A stretch of 64,000 bases of DNA from Phoronis australis (lineage: Eukaryota > Animalia > Phoronida): contig NMRA01000947.1 of NCBI GenBank assembly GCA_002633005.1, positions 1-64,000 of the forward strand, in the 5' to 3' direction. This document shows, one piece after another, positions 12,406-25,300 of the stretch. Both the position numbers and the translations under genes were made by a program. How positions within the stretch are numbered: the stretch's first letter is position 1; the number at the start of each line of letters is the position of its first letter. The notes beneath the pieces were generated by a model that was not told the origin of the DNA, made no database searches, and worked only from the letters and a program-made list of their open reading frames with translations.

Positions 12406-15400
12406 AGGAGGTGGTTCAAGCATAATAGTTTTCCAAGAGCAGCGGCCCGAAGAGCCCCTAAGCCCTAAAATTGGTATGCGGAAGGCAATTGGGTGGTAGG
12501 CTTGCACCCTCCCCCCTTAAATCTGTCTATGAATTTAAGATGGCATTTTAGATGTCAATTTTTTTCTTTTGCCTGCGTAGAAGATGCGACAGGTGTATGA
12601 TAAGAAACTTTGTAATTCTGATCTATTGTCTTCATTTTCAGCTGAGCACAGTGAGTTGTTATTTCCATATGCTAAGAATGTGAGTTGCATGTTGCTGATC
12701 AATAGTATAAAATGGAAAGATGTGTTAAAGATACCATTTTCACAGCATTTTTGTTCGCAAAGGCGTGAAACTAGTTTTACCGTGCAGCAGGTTAGTCAAA
12801 ATCCATTCTCAAATTGTAGGGTATTTCAACGGATTATGATAATTATTAAATAGATCTTCGTTAGACGTTGCAATGACAGTCCTCAATTTACATTCAACGC
12901 AGTTCCTGTATTCCTTCAGGCCAGTGCAAAGATGTCATCGAGAAACAGAACCTGAAAAACTCGTACGTTGCCGTATGCTCTCCTTTCAACCTTTCAGACG
13001 AGTAAGTTGAACCCCAATATGAGAAAGCGGCTTAAACGTCACGTCTTAGATTTATCTTTAAACAAAATTGTTTTCATATGTTTCGAGACGCAATCGTTTC
13101 TTAACGTTGCCACGACATCTTCTTTGGCTCTGTAAAATGCGTTCTACTTTCGACTGCTCCCGCTCGGTTTTTTAGTAAGGTCTCTTTAAAATTCTTTATC
13201 GTAATCTATTTTGCGACGAGCTATCTTGCAGAGTAAAACAAGATGAGACGATAAAGGCATTTTTAAAATAGGTTAAATTCAATGTCACTTCGTATTGGCC
13301 TACACATTCTCAATTTAATGTCTCTTTGTATTGGCCTACACATTCTCAATTTCAACACTATGCTGATTTATTCTGGTACAGTAGAGCTGCATATTACTTT
13401 AGTTCAACCGACAACACAAACTTATGCAGCTCTCTCCCAGCCCAGAAATCACACATTGTTGAATGAGTAATAATTCGAGACCAATTTTATAGAAAGCAGC
13501 TGAAATATAACAATGTCCCCAAATCGTGGGTTTAATGGTGGTCGTACTTGCCAGTGGTCAGCTACTTTAAGCTTCATTATGAACAGAAGAATCATGACTA
13601 TATACAATGTAGGAGAGGGTACCCGACGATCCCATGTATGAAATATCTTGTGACACAAATTCCAGTTACACTGTACTAATAAGAATGAGTTGTAAATATT
13701 TGCCACTGCGTTCAATAGATTCTTATTCAATTTGTACTTCTCTGTTTCGGTAAATATTTTGGTGCCGCAAAACGGCCACTCATGTTTAACGTAAGCTAGG
13801 AGCTCCAGCAGAAATCGTTGACAGGGGATATGATTCAGAGAGAACAGTGGACTGCTGCCTTTCTGTATATGTACTTTTGAGCGTTACTGGCCAACGTCAA
13901 TGTTTCTAAAGTCCTGATTTAACTTCAACTTGTCGTTTTTCTTGTTCAAGGTGTCTGGTTTTCATTTTCAATGTTCTTGTAATTGTAGTGGGATGTTTTA
14001 AAGTTTGTTAACTAATTCGTTTAACACCGAATGACTGTATTTTAGCCTTTGCATCATTCGTTGTAATGAAGGCTTCATACTACGATCTGGGCCTTCTGCT
14101 AACAACTTGTCTGATTCGGTAATGTGCCGACGTGACACTGTAGAATTGGATCATGCTCTCGTTGGCTGCTTACGTAAGTATTTATATTCGCAACAGACGA
14201 TTGTGAACTCATGGCAACCAGTATGGGATAGCTACTATAACGACGACATAATGAAATGCGCCTTGTCACTAGATGGCGATAGAGGGATTGGTGGACAGTT
14301 TTGCGCACGCGTATGCATTCAGTGTAAACGGATATTTCGCAGCGTTATCACTGAATTCTTTACGACCACCATCCATTCACTTTGCTGTCGGTATGCGGTA
14401 GGATATTCAAATGATTTTGACAAAAGCATACAACGCCTTAAAACGTCCTTTTCGTCCCTGTCAGCTAACTCGCTTGGTACTGCAAACCAAGGGTAGAGTT
14501 CAGTAACGCCATAACCAACAATAGGACCTCGCTTAAATCCAGCCAAGGTCATGTTCTCTCATTTAAAATACAAGGCATTATCTCCCGTCAATCTCACGAA
14601 GCCTTGTTTTTTCTGAGAGAGGTCCACAGCTCACAGTCATCGGGGCTGAATTGGTAAATGGGTCAAGAGACGGACAACTCTGCATGTGCTCTCGTAATAT
14701 AAAAGAGTTCAAACGTGGTTTAAATTTAAAGTGTAGAAAAAATGAGTTAAATCGCTTAAACGTGTTAACATTTTGGAAACACTTATTTCGTCTGATGTAC
14801 ATGCATATACATGAACATTATTTTATATTTCAGCTGAAAATGGTAAGTTGTCCTTTGGTTCCTCGAACTCTGATAAATGATAAGCTTTTGATGTATATTC
14901 CATGGTGCAAAAATTCGAGAGTAGGCCAGTAGTATAGTAAGAGGTGTTGGGCGCCCGTTTTGAGGCTCCTCGGTCAAAGGTCATCTATGTGAAAGGAGGT
15001 CACGTGGTATAACTGCGATCGTGACACCTACCGGACGGATGTGTCAGTGACGTCATGACGTAATAGGTTTAATTAGAGAGACACCTCGTTTTGCGGCTCC
15101 TAGCAACGGATTGAAACAAAAGATGATAAGAACAAAACGTGGATGAGTTCGTGTGCNGATAGTCTTTTAACAGCCAGTTCAACAAGTTTATACGTGTATT
15201 CTAGACAAGTGTTATCCTGAGCCAATAGTTAAAAACGGCACAGTGAAATGCATGGAATCGGCCAAAGGCTCTCACTTGAAGTAAGTAACAAGTATGTGGT
15301 TCATATAATTTCCTATCTGCGTCGACCAGTAGGCAAACAATCTGTAATCATTGACGTCAAACTGCGGGCCGAGTCCAACTGGAGCTACTGAATTGTACGT

Positions 15401-16846
15401 GACGTCAAGGTGGTTAAACGATGACCTGAAAGAGATCTACGTCCCTCAGCACGCTCGTCCCACCCCCCTCCCCTCTCCCTTCATCCCGTGAACGCAGCTG
15501 TTATACATGTAACATTGGTCGACTTCAAAAAGGCGTCGAGGCATTGGACAAAGAGCTTTGATAGCCATCCAGTCTTTAACACCGAGGCCCGATTGGTTGC
15601 CTACATCAGTTGGAAACAACTTTCCCTAGATGATCTGATGCGGAGGTTTCCGAACCTATTTAATAGCAAGTAAACCTGAGCAGGTGGCATCCCGTCTGCG
15701 ATCAATGCACGTGACATATGACCACAATAAAATGTGATTCGAGATTTCAACAAAACTTCAGTCATACCTGTTAAATGTAATGGAAGCACGGGTCTGATCT
15801 ACTGAGCCGAAAAATCTCACTAAGGTACTGCACACCATTTATGCACCTTGATTAAATTTGGCTTTCTCAGAGTTACTCAGGTTTTGCTGCAACCGAAGGA
15901 CAGTGGTCATCATGTCCGCTGCTTTTCAAGGACAAGGAACAAAGAGTTGGTCTTTGCAACACCTTCGTGGATGATTTTGATATCGTTTATGCCTGTTAAA
16001 GAATCAAGATGACCGAATCTTTCAATTGTTATAGTTACTGCAAGCAAACGTGTTCTTGGGCATGCTGACTGTAAAAATGTTGCAATCCTAAAATTGAAAA
16101 GTATACATAATGTACATGCAACGGAGCAAAGAGACGTTGCCACATAAATCACCTCTCGGGTGATAGATGGTGATACGATAATTTTCGAGCTCATTGCTAC
16201 ATAAGCTATGAAACCAATTGCATTTGCACTCGACTACCTTGGAAATCTATATTTGAAGCATACTCTGCTTTACCATATTCTAATTTAAGTTATCACTCAT
16301 TTACATGTATACTCACCGTTTCAACTTAAGTACCAATGAACTATGATGGAGCAGGACGACCAGGAATTAGGAAGACAAATATCCCGAGAGCTATGGCCAT
16401 AGGCCTTATTTCTTGTGTTAGTCAAAGTGATACACTGTAGGCCCATCCTTGATTTGCTGGTGTTGTTTCAGGGAATGCAGGGCACACTGTAACTTGAAGA
16501 ACAAGTTTGCCGGAGGAGAAGTTGACAAGCTATACGAGGCGACTCTCTGTGATACAAGGAAGGGAGTGTGGAGCAAGAAGTTCACTAATTGTATATGTAA
16601 GTATAACATCCATGCCCTTGTCTAGCAATAATTCATTCGCTGGCAAACATGTTACTCCGCAAGAATATTTAGTTGACATTTCCTACATGGAGCATACAGT
16701 AGGCCTAGTGTGGGAAATCAATGACTGTCCTGTCTTGTTGAAATCACGGCGGTCGTCAATACCATAAAGGTAGCGGCAAAAGTATTGCTTTCCAATACAC
16801 TAAATGTTTGTGTTACATATGTCGAATATACACAGAAAAATCAGGA

Positions 16847-16919
16847 ACCCCAACTAGGAATCGAACCACAGGTCTCTAGATTGCCAGTCTAGTGCACTCA
16901 CCACTGCGCTACTGAAGAC
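16847..16919 (-). pseudogene. tRNA-derived SINE head or tRNA pseudogene (GGC anticodon loop)
   Basis: A-box TAGCGCAGTGG, anticodon arm CTAGA-CTGGCAA-TCTAG, B-box GGTTCGATTCC; acceptor and T stems poorly paired. Confidence 0.65.
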
Positions 16920-19272
16920 CCGATATCTGTGCAATTACTGTTTACAGCCAAAAAAGAATGTTTTCTTACCACCAAAATTCAGCTGGGGAGCATTTATGTT
17001 GAATTAAAACTTGGCCCTAGCTTATTACGTTCTAAATAGTCGTATAAGATATTGCGGCTTTACTTTGGGTTTCAATCAAGGTGCATATACTCTAACCATT
17101 ACAGCTGGCAGAGCTTTCGGAAAATTAATTTGACATTTGCGATGAAAATAGTTTCAAACTTTTACCATTTTGTTGATAGCTCTTACTTTTCTCCTGTGGC
17201 GTCCTTTGCACTTTGGTTGTGGTTTGAAGGAATTCCAACAATGAAGTTATATTTAGGAAATTAACAATTTCAGTGGGAATCACGTATTGTATGGGAACGA
17301 AAACTTTAAGTAACAGGAAAAATTATATTCATGTTTCATCACTGGAATAGGTTATCAAAACTCGCAAGGACTAGATTCATTAGTATTATATGTGATAACT
17401 CTGTTAATAGAAATCATTGGACAGATGATTTCAAAAATTGTTGGTCGAAATGACTGCAGAGTATGCCTTGATACTTGAGAAGAGTCCTAGGCTTTGATAT
17501 ATGTATTACTGTAACCGACACCAGAGTTTCTAAAGACAAACTCTTTGAATTCGAGCGAAGCTATTGTTAATAGCCCCAAACTTCCAACTTGTGTTTTTTT
17601 CAAGCAAGATTGTTCTACACAACTACGTGCAGGGATATTCGTCAGATACACCCCTGGACCAGGATATACGTGTCACACTACTTTGCGACAAAGTATCCTT
17701 CATCTACATCTAATTGATAAGAAATGCCGTCACGTGACTAATAATTCTAATTGGATTGGGCATTTTATAAGTTGAATCATGAAGCCAATCTGAATTCCAG
17801 CCAGCTGTATATTCAAGACCAGCTGTAAAAGATAATGTGCAGATTTACCAGTCTGGGTGCACAGAGTTCACGCTGTAGTTCTTGCAGGGACATTCGTGTA
17901 TTGTGTCATATATTACGGTTATCAGAATAAACACCGTTCCAATCATGTACTAACACCATTTCAACCAATAAAGGCTTTTGTTCTCATTGCATAGAAGTTG
18001 AAATGGAAGTCAACAAAGAACATCAGCTCCGTATCTTTAATTATCCTTTACCGTAAGCACAGCAAATAATTTGGTAATGGTTTTCAAATAATAGTCGTCA
18101 CGAAAAGGTGGGCGTTTTCAAAAACACGACATTCGTCACAAAAACTATGGTCTGAACACTTTTGCATTTGGGGTCATAACCGCTGCACTCCTAATCTGAC
18201 TATAATATGGAAATCACTTAACATATCATACAAATTTCCGTGGGAATATCCAGTTTTTACTGTCAGAGCAATAACTTGCATTTGATGATTGGTTGAATGA
18301 GGTTTGAAATGTAACGCTGTGTTTAATGCTGACGTACATTTTCAGATAATCCGACCAACCAGCGTGAAATTTTGCCAAGCAACGACGCATTCGAAATTCC
18401 AGTCCCCCTATTTATGGAGAGGTCTACAATGAATGCAGCTATCAGCCAATATTCAAAGACCCGTGTTCTAGTCGCCTCGCCTCTGTTTTTACTTGTTTGT
18501 CGCTCGGCTTCCACCGTTGATCACTGAAGACATAACTTTCCACTTCATCGAGAGGTCCCACAAGCAATTTAGGGAAAATCAAAATGAAGGCAAATCATTC
18601 TCTCAGGGACTTACTAACAATAGTACAATCCCAATACGCCTGGAACACACTGGAACGATCACTTAGTACACGTATACACTTTAAATTCCTGTTGCACAAT
18701 AAAGCAATCTCCTTAGTATCAGCTACCGTTGTGAAACAACCAATTTCTTTCGTGCTACGCAGAATTCACTCCATCTTGACGTGGATGTGCCACTGGAGAA
18801 TTGGAGCACTCGCACTTTTATAGATCTCGTTAGAGAAAAATAGCATTTTGCAGAGAGCTTCCAGACAATCCATCAGTGAATAAAACTATACAGCCTAGGG
18901 CATCGAAAGAACTATTGCTTAAGCTCAGGCTCTTCAAGCTAGCATGAACGGTGCGCCAACTTATAATGCCAAGAAATAGATAACTCCCAGTCAGTACAAG
19001 CCCACAAAGTATTTCCCATCTGTTTGAGAAACAAGCTGACGCTTTTCGAGAACAGAAATTGAGGGAAGTTATCATGAAAAAGTCAGCAAACCCAGGCAGG
19101 GGTAAAGATTGATGAAGAAGCACAAATTCCATTTCGACATTCTGACAACCAGCCAACCCTCGGTCTCCACTGCTTTTACCCAGTCCTTCCCCACCCCCTA
19201 ACCGACATTAGGCTTAATGTGCTTTTAACCCCAGGACCTTCCAAATTCTACCACAGAAGCCATCTGTGAACC

Positions 19273-19342
19273 ACACACGCACACACACATACACACAAAC
19301 ACACACGCGCATACACATACACGCTCACACACACACACGCAC
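19273..19342. repeat. Imperfect (CA)n microsatellite
   Basis: Direct inspection. Confidence 0.85.
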
Positions 19343-22039
19343 AAGGGCAATTTATTGGGGCCACTGAGACCGCATGCTTATGCTTGATTATTCATTGTTC
19401 TATGGCAGCCTCGAAGCTCCAGTCATGTTTGTGGCCTTTTTGTGTTCTGCTTGCGTGCTTCTCATGGTGGCGCCGAGCCTTTCCAAGCAGTTTGGCTTTC
19501 AGCCCACAATTGCCGTTTCGTGTGAGGACGTCGTGAAGAACTTTACTTTCCTGCTGAAGAGAAAGAAAAACAGTCTCTTTTATCGCTCTTCCATTCTCAT
19601 TTCCGGTTCTCCTTGTTGTGTTAACAAATGTGTTAGCTATTGACGGCATGTTCTCATGTTGGTCATTTTATTTTTATTGCCGTTTCTCTCGCAATTTTAT
19701 CATTTAAAGTCTTCAAAGGTTATGTAGGACCTTATCATTTATCCAAAATATCTGAAAATTCTAAAATTTAACTCAGCAACGTGTATATATTTCAGTGGCG
19801 GATTTGAGGGGCAAACCATGACCCCCCTAACATTCTCTCAGGTACCAGGGGGGCATGGTTGGGGGGTGAACATGCAATGAATAGGCCCTGAACAAACCCC
19901 GTTTACCGTTTTTTTTTAGTCAACAGGTCCGCAAACCCAAAATTCGAGACCCAGGCTGGGCGCACGCATCTGTCGCATTCATAGCCAAACGACAACATTA
20001 ATAACATAACCAAATTTCACGAACGAGACCCATTTGGCGAAGTCTGCAAAAAGGTCTGCCTCAGAGAAACAAAAAGTCCGAGAGAACGAACAAAGTCCAC
20101 TAAAAAGGCAGGAATTCGGCACCAATGCACAATTCACATGGTGACCTCTGGACGCAGTAGGCCTACTCCGTTTTTTTTTTCGTCCCGGTTTTTTTTTCAG
20201 TAAAAGGTCCACATTCTCAAAATTCCCAGTCCCCTATATTTTAGGCTGGGTGCGCGCATGGAAAGCGGTCTACTTGTTCCTCAGGCGCCTGCACGTTCCT
20301 CAGTTCTGTTCTCGTCGGGCATGGGGAGTGGCACAATTATCCATTCTCTCAGACTTCCACTGCACACAGTTCCAGGTGATTATACTGCGGCAGTCACGCT
20401 TTGGTTTGAATGTTTGACAATGTGCAGTTGCGACAACTGGTGCTCTTGCGTGTCGGTACAAATTTTATGAAACAGCTGATTTAGGGGTAATACGAGGGGA
20501 CCACCACCTCCCTCACGGTTGTTTATCTCACTGTCGACTTCGCACAGTCACGTTTTTAGAGCTTCCAAGTCCGTACGTGTCCTTGACATCGTGGTCAACC
20601 CTAGTAAGTTCCTTCGGACAGGGATTTGTGTTGTCTTAGTTTCTGAAGCCTGTGTTCCAAAGGTCCACAGGAGGATTTGATGAACCTATCTCAAAAAATA
20701 AAAAGAGACTTATCATTTTTACATGGTTTGGCACCATGGAGGAGTCAGAGTCCGTTCGATATTCCCACTCGGGAGCTTCCTCCCACCCATCTCAAGACAA
20801 CCTGCCAGTGGGACCCCTCCCCGTCCCCCACATCCGGATCCCCCCCTCCCCCCNNNNNNNNNNNNNNNNNNNCCCCTACACCGGCCATTACAAATGGACC
20901 AAACGAAACTTCTTCAAGATGAAATGGATTGAACATTTTCAAACTCGTAATCTGCATAGAAACGCCGATGGGAAACTACGTTGCCCATCGGCGTTTCTAT
21001 GCAGATTACCAGTTTGAAAATTATTTCCAAAGCTTTTTAAACATGCATATTATAGACTACAATCCTCAATCCGATTGCTGGTGGGTGCAGGAATGACAAA
21101 AGCATCATCCATACTTGGATTATTACGTCATTCGACTTCATCGTGAACTTAGCAACAGTGCTTAGACTCCGTTCACTCTTACAGAGAAAAGGATTAAACA
21201 GGCCACATACATGTACATGTACACATCTTTTGTCCCGGGAAACAACTTTTGATTCAGACCAGTTACCTTTACAACCTTGATATTGAATTGTTCCTTAGTC
21301 AAAGTGGATAATTATGGTTGCTTTTCTTGGAAATACCTTGCACTAAGCTCCCTATAATTTAGACCGCAGATTCTACAACCAGACTTTTCGAGTCTGGTGT
21401 AATAACGAACGAGGTTATATACACGACTTTCGTCATTCAAATAAAACAACTGTTGAATCATATCTCTTTCTTTTGCAAATTTTATCTTAGATTGTTCCTG
21501 ATAATTGTGGTTTCTCGGCTTGAAAAAAATGGTAGGCCTACTTCGTTATTGCTTGAGATCACATGCTCTACAAGTTGACTTCTTGCGGCGTATAGATATT
21601 CGTTAAGCATTGTCTGGTATAATAACGAGCCGTTAGTCCTTTGCAAGACCATAAATGACTTCTCATCTGAGTGACAAATAAGTTTCCTTGAGTGATCGCG
21701 GGCCTGTAATCTGCTGGGATGGACTGTCGATATCATCAGAATTTACACGATGGTTCACGAGACCAACCCGGTGCGTGTAGACATTTCAAATAACATGAAA
21801 GAATGATTCCACGACATATACATTTTTTCTGTAGCTATGGCCCAAGAAGTCCACTGATCTCACTAACCACACCACTGAAGGAGTTGCAGTTGCTAACGAA
21901 CCCGCGCAAACAGGGGTATTTGTTTGAATATATCTCGAAGTCGACTACCAGATACACTTTGTTAATGCGATACCTTTAGTTTGCTGCTCATGTAACAATT
22001 TCACGAGAGGTTCTCCGGCGTAAATGTGAAGGCTTCAAA

Positions 22040-22360
22040 GCCGCTGTTTGTGCTTATACCTCAGTTCTAAATTGTGTGTCGAGGAGGTTGTAACTGTTGA
22101 CGATGCCACAGAGGCATACGTCATAGCTAGACTGGTCATCTTCGGAGAACTTTGAAGGTTGGTACTACAGAGTTCGAAATTGAAATTATCCAGAATGCCC
22201 GAAAAGGAAAGTTCGCCATGCAGAACGGAACGAGGCAATGTGATCGATATTTTTTGCAAATTCCTATATTACGCCAAGGATAGGGTCTGCACTTCCAGAG
22301 ACCTGAAAAGGCTGATTCAGTTACATCTCAGCACAAACTTCTATGGTGTCGATGAACTTT
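22040..22360 (-). mobile_element. Decayed 3' part of an RTE-clade LINE ORF
   Basis: LPRSVLHGELS resembles the RLPKQLLYGEL motif after the RT domain in RTE-BovB-type LINEs; frameshifted. Confidence 0.35.
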
Positions 22361-22361
22361 T

Positions 22362-25300
22362 ACCTCAAGAGCCCCGGGAAAGCTATCACAGCGTCAGAAG
22401 CTTTAGGCTCCAGTCATCTATATGTATATGCCCAATAAAGGCTCCATATATTGATTGAGCTGGCAAGGCTTGAGTAACAGCGATCTTATCTGGTCGTTAA
22501 CTGTTATAAACAACTTGGGCTTAGCCTATTACAAAGCCAGCACAACAAAAAAAATCGAGAAGAAATAACGTTTTCAGCAAGAAATCTTTAAGTTATATAC
22601 GAGGTTATCGAAAATTTGTGTACTGAGTCATATATTTTGTATTTAGAGAAATATGCATTTCAACACTGAAAGGGTATATTTTTCTCACAGTATTAAAGGA
22701 ATTCTTAATTTCTCATCTATTTGGTCATGCAGCCATCTCTTTGCAATAAAACTTTCCAAAAACGAAAGGTGCGTTCAAAGCAAAAAAACGGTAACAATAA
22801 CATTACCAAGGTTTCGTTTGATAGGCCTAGTGCATAGGCCTACATGGCCAAGATGAAATCTCATGAACACTGTTGTGATATTATGATCTTGTTTTCGATT
22901 AATCATAGAAATATGGCCCTGTAATTGTTAAAAAATTCGTAGCATGTTTAAAACGGTTCTAGGACTGGACCTGAAAAAAATATCAGAGCCCAGACTCTTC
23001 CCAGCATCCGATCAGGGCAAAGGTCGGTGGTGTATAAAGAATAGCCAAATGAACTTAGGCCTCAGTAGCCAAGTGTTGGGATCGTTTGTTGACGAATTTT
23101 GCAGGGAAATCGCTGGTTCTAGTACCGGAGCGGCGTGTCTCAAGAGTTTAGCTTGATGAACAAAAATGACAAAACGAAAATGAAGCAATGAAATAAGTCT
23201 TGATCTGATAATTACAACACTCTATGTCAAAATTCAGTCCGGAGCAGACCGGGGCAACACGGAAATTCACAGGCAAGGCCTAGTCTCGGGGTCCCATGTT
23301 TTGATTGAATATAATGGAATACATTGGTCACGTGAAGGTTTTGGTATACCTGGGGTCCGTTCCAAGAAATTAACTATGCAATCTTTTTTATTTATTTCGC
23401 CTAAGACTAGGCCTAATTTGTCGCAACTTACCGACTTTTCCGGTGCTGGTAGCCTAGGCTTAATCTAATCAAGCTTAAGTTAAAAATCTATGCCAAAATT
23501 AAGACCACTTTCTTGGAAATTAAAGTTTTATCTTAAATCTGATTTAAAGATTCGCCTTTAGCTAAGTCAGTGGAATGTGCCCCATGGCCACTATGAGCGT
23601 GCCAGTCGACCGATAGCCTAGTCTCAATCTCGTTCGCCTCAGTGACAAAAGATAGCGGTGTGTGTCACAAGGAATGAAAATGTCCACAGTCCAAAATTTT
23701 AAAGAGGTCGGATAAATTTGGCTACGGTCTGTTGTCTAATTCTCGGGACATAATGTAGGAGTGCGGCTTCCACTAACACGATTTTCTTTGCCAGATTTTG
23801 TTGAGCTGACCTTCGCACGGTGGCTTAGGTCAGGAGGGCACGAACATTTGACCCAGTTTTTGATGCCAATGTTTGCTTTTGTCATGTGGTAATGAGTAAA
23901 GGGGACGAGTTGTTTGCCACTGAAGGGTACAGCAGTGATTGAAGATTGACCCTCCGTGAAAACAGAATTTATTTGCATCACGGCGGTGCAGTGTCACCGT
24001 TTACGTATTTCGAACATCTGCTTGTGCTTGAAAACAGTGTAAATACGGTTAGTTTCTTTATATCACCTGTCGAGACGCTGGGTAGTTATACATGTAAACT
24101 ATTNGTTATACAATACATGTAAACTATATTAGGCAATGACCATCGCCTCTGTTGGCCCGACCTGGTCGAATTAAAGTACAGGTTTGTACCAAATAGGAAA
24201 TTTTCAAATTTTCAATTACGTTTTAAAAAACGTAATTGAGATTCTAATAATATATACTATCACAAATGCCTTTTTGTGGAAAGTGAAATGGCATTCATTT
24301 TTAGGTTTATCAATATTGAGTGACATAATGTACTTGATTAAAGTCAGACACACTGCAGAGGCAACAAGTTTAAGCTGAAAACACCGGAACAAATGGCGTA
24401 CACAGCAACTCAAGGTTGGTTAGAACAAACATGGAAGAAAACACGACCGATCATCCCATTTGATCCCTATGGAACACCACTAATTGCTGTAATGCAGATT
24501 AATCTGGAGTAGAATGTGTTAAGAACGTCAACTAGTATGGTTATAACTGGATAACCTCTGTAGTTGTTCCTTTCAACACAATGGTAATACGTAGATTAGA
24601 AAGGTATAATTTATGTTTGATGCCTTATATAAATGAATGATGTTATTGGATGATCGCTATAGTCGAAATATTGCAAATTTCAACATAGGCCTACAAGTTC
24701 AATGATAGCCCATTCAGTAGACTGATGTATCATGAAACCATATTGGGAAGCAAAAATAGTAATCGATGAAGTATTCGACAGTTTTCAAGTATTTTAGATG
24801 AACATGGGAAAAATAGATATGTTTATAATTGTTAAGAGTGATTGCTTTCAGTTGACAACTAATGAGGTAATTTAAAATAAAATGCTTAAATATGCTCGAC
24901 ATACTGTTCTAAGCATGCCTTTCCACGGGGGAAAGTCCGATTTCATGGTTTTCTCCACTGGCATACATTCAAGTTGTTCTCTCACGACACAATTTTGATT
25001 GTAATACAAGTATTATTACTAATTGCCACTGTAGACACTTTTATAGCTTCTGTTATTCATTGTCATGTGATATTGTTTTCATTTCTAGTCATTATACACC
25101 AGATTGAAAATTATAATGTTAAATCTAGTATGCAGTTGATTGTGTATTTTCTTGTTTTAACAAGTGGGCATGTAATAAAAATTATGTATTTTTCAAGTGC
25201 ATTTCTGCATTAAATTATTCATGCCATAATTCAAGTATGTTGTAGCTTGCAGTAATATTTTTTCTGGTGGTTCGCAGAAACTTCTATATAACCCAATGAA

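Noticed and set aside
14099-16194. Minus-strand ORF fragments faintly reminiscent of YqaJ nuclease or helicase motifs
   Set aside because: Motifs incomplete and interrupted; cannot be supported without a search
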